This document shows, piece after piece, positions 39,267 through 52,616 of a stretch of 64,000 bases of DNA. Numbering within the stretch: the stretch's first letter is position 1; each line of letters begins with the position of its first letter. A program made the translations under genes and the position numbers. The notes under the pieces were generated by a model that saw only the letters and a program-made list of their open reading frames with translations, was not told where the DNA came from and made no database searches. Origin of the DNA: Enoplolaimus lenunculus (taxonomy: Eukaryota); the NCBI GenBank assembly GCA_030248215.1, contig JASANG010000627.1, positions 186,001 to 250,000 of the forward strand, written 5' to 3'.

Positions 39267-42200
39267 ATCTAGCGGTCTGGTACTTCTTGCAGGACGTGAT
39301 AACCAGGGCCCTCGACTGACTGCACTCCTGATTGAGCAACCTGTTCGACTCTGACTGGTTCGATGGTGATGGGAATGCCGACTGTATGACGGAGGGGGTG
39401 ACGAATAGCGAGCGTGTGTTGGTCGCCGCTTCCGCGAATCGTCGGAATGATATGTCGGAATTTTTAATGTTGCGCAGTTTATTTAATAAATAAAATTTAG
39501 TCAACGTAGTTGCAACATTTGTTACGCCAACATCTTAAAAATAATTTCGCGCAGTACTATATGAGTCATAAGCGTGTATTCTCAAATAAAAGTACTTTAA
39601 TCGTTGAATTATCGCTAGTGAGAAACGTGATGATCCTGGTGCAAACGGATAGTAAAAATAACGAAAGCGGAGACGGTTAGTGATCAAAAAACGGAAACCG
39701 AAAACGAATATTGAAGTATAAAAGTTTCAAATATGTTTTATTTTTCTGCAAACAGAATTGAGGCATTCAAATATTCACCGGTCTTTGTAAAACTTTAAAG
39801 AAAAAATAGTGGGTACACAGAAATTTTTATAATATCGGATAAATTCCGTGATTTTTTTACTTCATATCGAACAATTGCAGCACATATGCACTGAAAAATT
39901 GTAAGATATAAGCGTGATTTATAACTTATTTTGAGCATAAATGTAAGAGGTTTTCGGTATTTCTACAGCGGAAACGGACGCAGATTTTTACCGGAAATGA
40001 GAACGGAAATGGATATCCGGTTACACCCTAGTGTAAGAATCGTTTTGTTCATAAACAACAGCAATTGATTAAAAAATTGCGAGATATATACATTTATAAC
40101 TAGGTATAATTTTGAACGTAAAAACATATTTATTTCCGTTCTTTCTATAACGGAAACAGAAACGGACACCGATTTTTACCGGAAACAGATATCTGGTTAC
40201 ACTCGGCTGGATTGATCAAATGAAGTATATAGTCAGCCTGAAACTCAAAACTGTTGTGGCTCTGAAAGTTGCAATTGCCTTCGCTATGACTCTGAACTTT
40301 ACCTTTTGCTGTTAGTCTAGAACCTTCGAATTTCATGCGGGTTAGCTTGCGTTATAGTGCAATAGGTACTCGACAGTTAGATATTGTCAACTGTGGGCAA
40401 TATTGGAAGGATCTGTGCCCTCCAATCTGAACTTTGCGGTGCAAGTGCCCCCCCTGCCCCTCAATTCCAGCGCCTATGTTAGGATAGCATATTATTCAAG
40501 CACCATGATTATAACAATGACGGTAAGTATTCGCCGCTAAGCAGAAAAAATTTGAAACGTGCTAGATGCCATGGGTAGTCAAATTTGCTGTTACATTTAG
40601 ACCGTAACCAGAGGGGGCCAGGGGCCTCAGGACCGGTCCCAGAAAAAAGTTTTCCGCCTTAAAAATTTTCAACTTAACGGTTTTTGTCCGCGAAAAATTA
40701 TTTATTCTTCTCCTGATAAATTTGTAGCCGATCCTAGCAAGATTAGCTGGCTACAGGCCTGTGTTATAGACAAAAATAACAAAGTTTTACAGACAAAAAC
40801 TTTAAAAAAAATGAAACGCGTGTTTAAAGCAGTTTTCACTGCTCATCGCGCTTCCCATCAGCATCGTGTTGTTTATAATTTTTGAATTGGTGAAAAATGT
40901 TCTGTTTGTCTTGTCCGGGGTACAAGGACTGCGACTTTATACAGTTCAAGTGTGCGACTAAACATAAAATTGCACCGCATTGTATCTCTGCTATTCAATA
41001 TGCTAGTTTTCTATGATTCAAAAAACATAAAGTTGCACTAAAATATACCACTCCAGAATGTCTGGATATATTAAAACTAAACAGATCATCACACAAATTT
41101 GCTGTTTTTTCCGCATTTATACGATAATTTTAAGTATCAGTTTTTGTTTAATAAATATATGAATTAACAAAATGTACAACAATTCGTCGTCCGACAATTC
41201 GTCTCCCGACATCGTCGCCTGATAACTTTTCGACTCCTAAAACCTATAAATAATAGTCTAACCTCAATTCTAAGCGTCATCCTAAGCCTTAAAACTAAGC
41301 CTAACAATGACGGGTGACAACGAATTGCCGAGCCGATAAAATTTCTGATTACAGGTTGACGGGCGCCGAATTGTGATAACTAATAAAATTTGCGCATTTG
41401 TCCAGAGACCGTGCATGTCTCAACTGTTAAGTTAACTATGCTGCGTTGTTAGAAATCTAAATACGTAGAAACTAGGAAACTGTGTAATATATCAACGTGA
41501 ACGTTTCATTTTTCTTTTCGAAAAATCTGAAATTATGTCACAAGATTTTTCAAGTTCATGGATTCTGGGGGCAACTCACTTCGAAATTCGCTCTCTGGCA
41601 GAACAGATGCGACTTTCGGGATTGAAAAGTTCACATGATGTCATGGTTGGATTATTTGGTATACATATATATGTCTAAATAATTCGAATCTAAGTTAATT
41701 TCATTTAAATGTGAGTACGCACTGTACTACACAATCTTGGATTATAGCACTATTTAAAACAATGTTGCAGTTTGTCTTTAGGCTTGTCTTAAGTTGTTGC
41801 AAACATAAACAAGCAGCCCCTAAAAAGAGGCACAGAGTCGGGGTGCGGTTCTCTTGCATAACACACAGTTACCACTGATAGATAAACAAAGTACAAACAG
41901 TACAGGCAGTGCTGGATAGTGGATAGCCTCGTATATTTATGTGCAATATTCCATAACATTCGAGGCTTGATTGAATTTCAAAATGCTTCTATAAGATAAA
42001 TTTGTTTGACTGAAAACAGCAGCTTTTTTCAAAATGAAAAATATTTGACATATTATTGAAAAAAGAATATACCTATATGTTAAAAGTTCCAAAAATGTCA
42101 TGTTTTCAAAAAATGCTAACATTTGAAGAATATGTAAATTTCTACGTAGTTTTTCTAAATTTTGCCAAAATTATATTTTATTTTCAATCTAATAAAGGAC

Positions 42201-43989
42201 GTGGCTTTAAATCGAACATAAATTTGAAACAGACAGCGATGCACTGATTCACTTTTAGCTGAAAGCGAAACAGGTATGCCGTCCACCCTAGCTATTACGT
42301 TACGGTATAAAGTTTATATCATACCGGCTGAAAATTGCTAGAAAGCTTGTTTAAGAAACGTATATATTCACTAAAAATGCTAAGTAGCTGAAATTGATAG
42401 TACTGCCGATTCTGTAAAGGTTATAACCGTTACAGTTGCATGTTCTTGAACACAAATACCTGCTGTAAATGTATTTTTAAATCTTAGTTTTTTCACTTGG
42501 AAAGAGAACACATGACGACGTTAACTGTTTTACTTCTTCAATTAAGATTTTAGAACGCAAAGATTTGTTTGCTGCATAAAGTACGAGACGTAATTTTTGT
42601 ACATTATAGTTGCAAATAACTTAACTCATATTTATAAGTGAAAGTCAACAAGCAGCCCCTAAAAGCGGCAATGGAGACGGGTTAAAAAATCGAATCGGAA
42701 ACCTTAGAAAGTTAACGAAAACGGGTCTATTCTATAGCTCTCGACAACTTGAGCATAACTTTACCAGTATCAAATTCAAAACGGTTTGAAAGTTAGAGCG
42801 CACAAAATTCCGTTGAAACAGTGCAAATGTGATGGTATGCCACACCTGCTTGCTGCGCATATTTAGGTGGCGGTTTACCTGTCATTGTTTAATATAGCAA
42901 AAACTTATAGGGTGTTAACTTTTGAACCAGAGACCATCCAGCCTAAACATAGTACCGTTGAACTCGGTCGTCTATGAATATATAAAATAAGACACATCCA
43001 TGAAATTCCTAAATGTCATATTCCGTACCTCCACTGCTTATTCGTTAAAATATTTCATTTCGAATTGAAATCTACTACATCGAGAGCAAGAATAAATAAT
43101 CGTGACATTTAGCCGTCCGCAAATATGACTAAGCAATCGAAAACCATCAAAATAGAAGTTATCTTGAATTTGTCGAAAACTTGGAGCATTTTTGTACATT
43201 TGATGAATTTAAGTGAACGTTTATCCCAAATTTCACTCATGTGGATAGAAAAAAAGGACCTAAATTGCTCGTATGACTTTTTTTAACTCTTAAGTTGAAT
43301 TTACGTTGAACCTAAATTACATCTCAGATTAAGATTGCAAAATTTCCAATGCTTCAAACCAGCGACCTCAGCCCCTAAAAGTCAACCGCTCTATCCTCTC
43401 GGCAATTCTTTCATGATGTCTTCAATTTTAATACACAGCATTTTAGGACTCTGCGCTACGGTAGATTGGGAGCATGCAACAGTGCCAACCAATATATATG
43501 TAATACATGCAAATTACGTTTCTATGTGAGAAATTTCAAACGCTAACAAATCAAAAATATGTTTGGTGAAAGCAGGGGCGAGCGAAGTGAATTTCATCAC
43601 ACCAGGGGTCAACTTTTCAGCAATCCTTCCTGAAATTTGGTTTTTTCTAAATTAGCGATAGCACAATTTTAAGAAAATTTAGCTAATATAAAATCAGGAT
43701 AGTTTCTAAATAGCTAAAGTTAGTTACCATGTTTCATAAAACTATTTTTAAATCTAACTATACTAAAAAGTGAAAAAATGCTGGACAACCAGTATTAAAG
43801 GTTTCAAAAATATCAAAAATTCTAAAAGAGGTTCCCAGAGAACGAAGTGGATTTAGAAGAGACAGCCTCCAGACCATCTCAGACGATAACCCTGTTTCTT
43901 TAATATAACATTTGGGAATTGTTTTTAGTTTGTAACTTTATAGTTTATACAGCCAAACGTTTTCAAATATAAGGATAGTAACAAAGTTT

Positions 43990-44162
43990 GGCCCATGTAA
44001 GGATCAGGGGCGAAACGGTTTTCCGCGGGACTAGTGTAAGCTTAATAAGCTGTTCACTAATTTTTTGCTTAGGATTAGGCTTAGGTATATTAAGCTCATT
44101 CTAATGCTTTAGGCTTAGGCTTACTTAGGAATATAAGTACTGCCCTTTTCTATTCATTAGCC
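43990..44162 (+). mobile_element. TTAGGC-carrying MITE, copy 8 (degenerate)
   Basis: GGCCCATGTAAGGATCAGGGGCG start, TTAGGC tracts, ends ..CATTAGCC. Confidence 0.75.
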
Positions 44163-45614
44163 CCAATAGGTTAAAATATCATACAGTTGCATAAAATATA
44201 AAAACTCTAAAGAGCTATTGTTGCACTCCTCCATTATGAAATGAACTCATTGAAACTTATATAAGACATACATGCTGATGAAACTATGTCAAGAAAGGCA
44301 GTTCTTGCTGAAGCCACTAACATATCGCTGAAAAACAAAAAATAAATAGCATATAAGGCTCGTATATGTATGCTTAGAAATCATTAGAAAATACTAAATC
44401 AATAGTTTCAATTCATAGTAGAAATACTGTAGCACTACCAATGTTTGTTGAGCTTTAACATTATTCTGTTGCTATGCCATTTGATTTCGTGTTTTTAGGC
44501 CAAACTACAAATTCTCGGAAATCAAGCTGTATAGGACTGAAATTTAAAGTTATAAATTTTTTGAATATGCTCATAAACACAAATGTTTGCGTTCATCAGT
44601 ACGGCTGCTCCATACATGGACAGTTGAAGGGTAGACAGGTAGGTATTTTTAAGTTCGTAGAATACTTAACGGCGACAGAACTGCGACTCACAGAGGGATA
44701 TTGAATGGTCGTATAGTGGGCCCGTTAAAATCGTTAGAGCTTATGTATTGAAATAGTACAAAATCATAAAAAGTAAAACAAATTATTTCTTTTTAATTTT
44801 TTAATCTATATTAACATAGGGTGTCATGTGTAGAATGAAACTTTTGCGGAAAATTTCAGCAATTTCGGCCAATACTATGGATGATGGTTTTAGCAGTATA
44901 CAAGAATATTAATACTGTTAGGTCTAGCCTTACACCTAAGCCTCAGTAGAAGAATGACGATATTCCAATTGAGTCCAATGCTATAAAACACATACCTAAG
45001 AAACAAATGTTTAAAGCTTAATAGCTTTCACCGGAAAACAGTTTCGGCCTCGTCTATATACAAAGAGTCACCATTTCGATGGTATAAATTTTTATAGGTT
45101 TATGTGTACTGCGTTCCAAGGATAATAAACGCCTGCGTTTCCTATATTCTTGCTGTATTTGCATATTGCTTAAAAACACCATTTTATGTTTTTTGAGCAA
45201 CGCACACCGCAAATGGCAAAGCACATACGAACTTTTATTGACTAGCATAAAGTACACCTTAATTTGAAACAAGGGCTTCTAGCGATGCGACGCCACCTGC
45301 ACACAGATATTGAACGCGGGAATTTCCTATTAATATTTTGCGTCAGAAAGTTGTAAAAGATTCTATCAACCTCTGATTTTAATCTGCTTAAAACGTTGGT
45401 CAGGAAAGAAACTTGACTTTACGTTCGACATTTTATGCAACTCGACCACTATAATATTGAAAGTATACCTTCAAATAAGCAATTTGTCGCTTTTTAGATT
45501 TTGTTTTGTATCTACTTAGCTAGTTGTCCTTCGCCTTAAAGTTATAATGTTTTTAACGATACGGAAGACGCTTATCTCAATAACTTGTTATGGCTTGCGT
45601 ATAGTAATTCGCAC

Positions 45615-46004
45615 CAGGGCTCAACCGGAATTCGGGTTCCGGTTTCAGCATTTTCACCTTCCGATGCCGATAAATTTGTAGCGGTGCTAGGTTGAAATTT
45701 AGATATTAGACTAAAAAATGACGATAAAAATTAAATAATTTCATTCGTATAGTGTATACAAACCTTGACAATCGCCGAAAATAAACCATCGATGGTAGAT
45801 TTTGCTTTCGTGAACCATGAAAATCTAAAATACAGCAGATAAAGTGAATACCTATCTCCGACTAGGGTTATTTCACCAATAATATTGCAAAAAAGAAAAT
45901 TAAAATGAATTTTTTGGTGACATGTATTTTTCATTTTCCGGTTCCGTTTCCGGCAATTTTTTCCAACTCCGATTTGGGTAAATTGTATTTATGATCGCAC
46001 CCTG
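45615..46004 (-). mobile_element. hAT-type MITE (CAGGG TIR), older copy just upstream of XAB2
   Basis: CAGGGCTCAACCGGAATT...GCACCCTG; interior is the reverse complement of 49604-49994. Confidence 0.8.
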
Positions 46005-46076
46005 TATAGTACATATTGTGCCAATGTGTTTTAGGCTTTATTAATATAGAAATTGGTCGTTTAAGCGCTGATAAAC

Positions 46077-49000
46077 ATGCCGGACCTCGAATTTGTAAGT
46101 TACCACAAGGCTTGAGTGCTGTGTTTCTTGTTTTTCAAAACGTTCTCGTGCCAAGACAAGCCGTCTCTGCTGATATTTGGGCTTAAATCTTCGCATTTAT
46201 AATAATGTATTGAAGTAATCCTGTGTACGTTTATACTTGTTGTTTCAGCGAGATGAAGACCTTCCTTATGAAGAAGACATTTTGCGTAATCCGTATTCAG
46301 TAAAGTGTTGGCTGCGTTATGTCACTCACAAGCGTTTAGCACCAAGCCAGGAAATTAACATGATTTATGAAAGAGCATTGAAGGAGCTACCAGGAAGGTA
46401 TTCATGTATACGTTTGCAATAACAAACCTGAATTGGTTAGGTATATATTAGTAAACAGTCAATTTATGTTGAGACCAGTAAGAAGGCTCAAAGCTATAGA
46501 AAAGGTTCTAAATACGTGGACAAGGACAAACCTAACGTTAAAGATATCCGATATCCGTTGTAAAACTATTAGATTCTGGATATTTACAGTGGTTTGCTCG
46601 AATGTTATAAAACTGCGTTTTATAAGTAAGCGTATTTAAGATATTACTGCTATTGTTCCAGTTTTTATACGTTGAAGGAAAATGAAGAATTCAAGCTAAC
46701 GATTGATTCTGATTCAGTAAACTAAACAAATATAGTTCGCAAGTTTAGATGTTGTCTCCGGTTAATATCGGGTCGCACCCGGTTGCATCTATATAAGGTG
46801 AAACTTTGTATAGTGAGAATCTGCGAATTTCGTTTATAAAAACAGTCGAATTTCTGATTTGTGTTAACAAGGTATTTTAACTATTTTTAGTCAAGGTATT
46901 TTAACTATTTTTAGTTACAAGTTATGGTATAACTACTTGAAGCTCAGGCGAAAGCAAACCCGCTTAAACTGTATCACTGATCCGGCATATGAAGATGTAA
47001 ATAATTGCTTTGAGCGAGCGCTTGTGTTCATGCATAAGGTATGCTGTGTTTGACAGCCTAGATAGGTACGATCGGCAAATTCAAACTTTTTTATTACCAG
47101 TCGTAGTGGGACTGAATGTATTGAGCTAAGCTCGAACACAAGCTAATATGCAAACTAGTTATTACCTAACTATTCATTTATCGGTTTTGGATGTTTGTAA
47201 ACAATTTATTCAGCTTCCTCGCACAAAAACCCTTCAGTAACCCTAACAATTAGTGTAATATATTTGCAAAAAGTCATAATTGGGGCTTATCAGTTGTGTT
47301 AATATGCAAATTAGCTATTAGGTAAATATTAAACTATCGGCTTTGAAGGTTTGTAGACAATTTATTCAGAGTCCTCACACCGAGAAACCCTTTACTGATG
47401 CACCCAAAAATCATGTTCTGCTGAAATTAGATTGCTTGTAACGCTAATAATTGGTGAAATATTGTAAAAAGTGCTAATTCAGGCTTATCAATTATCCTAT
47501 CGGCTTTGAAGGTTTTTCGACAATTTGTCCAGATTGCTCGCAACCAGAAACCTTTCATTGCTGAAATTGGATTGCGTGTAACACTAATAATTAGTGAAAT
47601 ATTGCAAAAAGTCCTAATTTAGACTTATCAATTACGCTAATATACAAATTAGCTATTAGCTAGCTATTCAATTATCGGTTTTGAAGATTTGCAGACAATT
47701 TATTCAGATTCCAAGCGCCCAAAAATTCTTTAGTACTGGAAGTGAAATATCTTAAAAAGTCCCAATTTAGGCTAAAACCAATTATGCAAATAAGCCTGTA
47801 GCTAATAAATGGTACAGGCATTCAAACAAAACAAGTTTAGCAAAATCATTTCAGCGGCTCCTGAGATTCTTTTCGGGCGGACAGACGGACATCCACCTTC
47901 CGACCCATTGCGCACAAAATATAAAATGCTTCGCGAAAGTCTCTCAATAAGTAGTTGAAAAACCGGATTACGGGTGGGTTCGAAATAGCCGCCTTCTGAT
48001 CACTAAGCGGACATTCTACCACTACGCCACAACCTCCCCCCCCCTGCCAACCGCTTTACCGTTGAACCGATTTCAATAAGCTTTTTTGTTTGAATGCCTA
48101 TCATCCTGGGTTGTTAACCTCTCGTTGGGGTTTTAAAATCTTAAGCCGTTTTTACCTACAGACTAATTTGCGTAATTGGTTAGATTTAAATTGGGGCTTT
48201 TTAAGATATTTAAATAATTATTACGGTTACAAGCAATGTAATTTCAGTACTAGGGATTTTGGGCGCAAAGAATCTGAATAAATCGTCTTCATATCTTCAA
48301 AACCGATAATTGAATACGTAGTTAGCTAACAGCTAATTTGCATATTAGCATAATTGAAAAGCCTAACTTAGGACTTTTTGCAATATTTCACTAATTATTA
48401 GGGTTACAAGCAATCCAATTTCTGCAGTAAAGCGTTTTGAGTGCGAGGAATGTGTATAAATTGTCTAGAAACCTTCAAAACCGATAATTGAATAGTTGGC
48501 TAATAGCTAATTTACGAAATAGCATAATTGACAAGCCTAAATTACGACTTTTGAAATATTTTTAGCATTGTAGTGATCAGCAAACTGGTTAACTGTATTT
48601 AGATGCCTCGAATTTGGTTGGATTATTGTCAGTGGATCGCGGAACAACATTTGATTTCAAGAACTCGTAAAGTGTTCGACCGCGCTCTTCGTGCTCTTCC
48701 AATAACGCAACATGAACGAATTTGGCCACAATACTTAAAGTTTGTTAATGCGTACGATATTCCAGAGACAGCAGTTCGTGTGTATAGACGGCACCTAAAG
48801 GTTATATATTTCTTTTGATTGGCTTGTTAACTACATATATTTATGTCATATAAACTTTGTAAATAATAATTTTTATTATGTGTCGTACTGCTTGAAAATA
48901 TTGTAGGTTTTGCGTCTATGTGTTTATGCTTTCGTTTTCGCTGGAGAATTGCGTACTGCGTTTCCTACAAAAATTATTGCACTCTTAAATATGTTTGTTT

Positions 49001-52000
49001 AGGGTGACTTACCAGGCTGTCAAACGGTGCTAAATTCAATCGAAATCGGAATCTGAATAAATTGTTTAGAAATCTTCAAGACCGATAATTAAATGCATAG
49101 TAGCTAATAGCTAATTTGCATATGAGCTTAGCTGATAAGCTTAAATTAGAGCTTTTTATATTATTTCACTGATTATTAGAATTACAAGTAATCAAATTCA
49201 AAACTAAAGGGTTTTGGGCGCGAGAAATTTCAATAAATTGTTTATAAACCTCCAAAAAAGATCAGTGAATGATTAGCTAATGACTAAGTTGCATATTAGA
49301 TCAATTTATTGGAAAGTAAGTTGGTGAAACTATCCGTCTGTGCGTTATAAGTTTGGAATGTTTAACTAGACAGATTAAAAAGTAGGTGCGTCCGAGCTTC
49401 GCTCAATACATGTCGTTTTTCTACGACTTGGAGGGCCCGCTATTTGTGGTGGGGCCCCCACGTACGAAAAGCCACATATCTTAAGATTCCCCACCCGGTT
49501 CAGCCCCTCACCCTCAGGATTATACTACCCGGTTAAGTTTACGTTCCGTACATTTTTGCGAAAAACATCATCAGCATGAATTTAACATACCCTCTCCTCT
49601 CGGCAGGGTGCAACCGGAATTACAATTTACCGGAACCGGAAACGGAATTTGAAAATTTTACCGGAACCGGAACCGGAAAATGAAAAATGCATTTCACCGA
49701 AAATTTCATTTTAATCTTATTTTTTGCTCTATTATTTGTGAAATAACCTTAGTCGAACATAGGTATTTATTTTATTTGTTGTATTTTAGATTTTCATCAT
49801 CGACTGAAGTGAAATCCACCATCAATGGCTTATATTCGGAGTACAAGTGGCTTTCAAAAGAGATTCTTAAAAATCAGCAAAGTTAAGAAAACGGCCAAAT
49901 TATAATACCGGAATTTTTAAATCCGGTAAAAATTTACCGGAACCGGAACCGGAAGGTGAAAAAATGCCGGAACCGGAATTCCGGTTGCACCCTGCCTCTC
50001 GGCTATACGTATGTCATATATTTAATCTGTCTTTATTATTTTTATGGTTGTTTTTGACTATGTGCTCACTTGAAAGCCTAACCAGATACTGGCTAGTGCA
50101 GCTGACGGTTTATTGAAAATTCTGTAACCTTACACTCAGAAATTTCCCTCCGATTGCGAACCGGGACGTCCCCGGTTGATGCCCACATTCAGCGGAGAGC
50201 CAGCGAATGCCCAGTACGACTGGTATATAATTTGTGTCTCAGCCATTGCGAACTCATTGTTTCAAAGGTTTCTGTGTCGCTTGTGTTTTACAGAGTTTAT
50301 TTGAATATGTTAACAATGATTAAAAATAACATAATTATTAATTATGAAGCATAACAATTAAACCGCAAACGCATAAAAAATGCATTTCCCGATTACGACT
50401 ATACCTACACTCCGGAACTTAATTTTAATCTGAATTCCAACGGGAATTGGAATTTGTTTGCATCCTGTAATTTACCCTCACTTGTGCTATTATGCAGCAA
50501 TTTTACTGGTGTTTTAGTTATGCCCTGAAAATGTTGAAGAATTTATTGATTATTTGGTTAAAATTGACCGGCTTAATGATGCGGCAGTTTTGCTGGCCAA
50601 ATGTGTTAACAACGATCGTTTTGCAAGCAAACAAGGGAAAACAAATCACCAGGTTAGTTTTCAGACATTGACATGGTGCAATTACAAACTCGGACACTAA
50701 ATTTGATTAATTTTGTTGTAAGACTTTACTCGCAAGCGGGTGTCAACGTATAAATTTTTCAGTAGTGACGTATTACGTATGCGGTGGTCATGGTCAGCCT
50801 TGGCAATAGGTTGTATTACTTTCCAAATTTGTTGCAGGTGCTGCTGTGGAACCAATCAGTGTAGAGTGATATATAGAATTATGTTTGTTACAGATTTGGA
50901 ACGAGCTATGTGAATTGATCGCGAAAAATCCGAATAAAGTCCATTCGCTAAACGTTGAGCCAATTATTCGTCAAGGACTACGACGATTCAGTGACCAAAT
51001 AGGCCGTTTGTGGGTGGCTCTTGCGAACTATTATGTGCGAGCTGGGCATTTTGAAAAGGTCAGTCGAATGCTATCAAAAACGTGGCAGTTAATACTAAAA
51101 TACATGCAACTCAAGAATAAACTCGCAAACATATAGGAATATTTTGTTTCGTACCCACTGCGTGTTTCTTTAAAAATCATAATGGTGATTTCTAAGAGCA
51201 ATTGAAAGGCATGTAAAATATTGACTTTTTTAATTTAGTATTTGCGCCGAGCCGTCCATTTTTGAGCAGCACTCTAATTTCGTGCGTTCCAGTTCCTTTT
51301 GTGACATGGTTAAACAGGTCGAAGGTAGCAGTTTTAAACATTAAACTAGGTAATGTTACGTAGGTCTTCATTGCTTTTTTAGGCTCGTGATATATTCGAG
51401 GAAGCAATTCATTCGGTTACAACTGTCCGCGATTTTGCTCAGGTAATTCAAATTTTTAGGCTTTTGTAGAAATTGGATAGTTATGTGCCATTACAAATTC
51501 TGTACCTCTCACCATAATACAACCTATTGCGTGGCATTTTCTCTCTGCTAACTTTTTTATTTTGGCAGCCGTTAGTGTCGTTGTGTGCTGAATTTTGAGC
51601 AATCGTTAATTTGAACTAAGTGAATCAACTATCGTTTGATTTTATGATATCCTAATTCAAGTAGGGAAGCGTCGTTGGTACGTACTGAGCCAGAGTTATC
51701 AAAATTTATATTTTTGCCGGTGTATTTTTGTTATTTTATTCGTTGCAGTAACTTTCAGACGAATTTTTATATCAATTTGTAAAATTCGTCTTAATTTTAA
51801 CTAATTCCGTCCAATTAAGATATTCTAATTTGTCACAGTTGTAAGCACTCAAAAATCATTCTAGGTGTTTGACGCTTATTCGCAGTTCCAAGAGCAGCTA
51901 ATCAAAGAAATGCTAGAAAAGTGTTCTAGCAGTTCCATTGATCCGGCAACTTCTCTAGATCTTGAGCTTAAGATGGCTCGATTAGAAGATATTATGGACC

Positions 52001-52569
52001 GAAGGCCGTTGTTGCTGAACAGGTAATTTAGGTTTTCTAATGTGGCTGTTGTTCGTTGTCTTTTGCTTTTACAAATATTTAATTACTTGTGCTTTTCTGT
52101 CCACTGTAATCGGTTTTCGATGTACATTTTTCTTCTTAGAGACCTGGGTCTGTTTTTTAACTTAGTTCAGCGCTCAAAATTTAATTATCCAATGTTAAAT
52201 TAAGTCTCAGGTTTTCATCCCGTATCGCAAGTTGTAATTGCCCTTTCTACGTAGTTGCTTTAGGATAAGTAAGTTTTCCTTGTATTTATGTTTTCAATAC
52301 AATGATGCGCCGTTACATCATGATCATGTGAACAATATCAAACTTTGAATTATTTGTGGAAAGGGCTTATTTAGCGCTCCATTTAACTTATATATACTGT
52401 GTGTATTTTATAGCGTCTTACTGCGTCAGAATCCTCACAATGTTCACGAATGGCTTAAACGGGTGAAACTTTATGAAGGTCAAAATGAGAAGGTAATACT
52501 CATACCGTGTTAAATTTACGTTGCTTTTTGTAGTAGCGTTGCTGTTTAAGTTTAAGTATAACAAATGTG

Positions 52570-52616
<47 letters not shown>

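Noticed and set aside
45268..45345. U11 snRNA-like 5' motif AAGGGCTTCT
   Set aside because: Only a 10-nt match; no U11 stem-loops or properly placed Sm site.
47976..48034. tRNA gene on the minus strand
   Set aside because: A-box and degenerate B-box only, no complete cloverleaf; probably a SINE fragment.
50130..50256. RNase P RNA-like motifs on the minus strand (GAGTTCGCAATGGCTGAG, GGGAAATTTCTGAG)
   Set aside because: The motifs are in the wrong order and no convincing CR-V is present.
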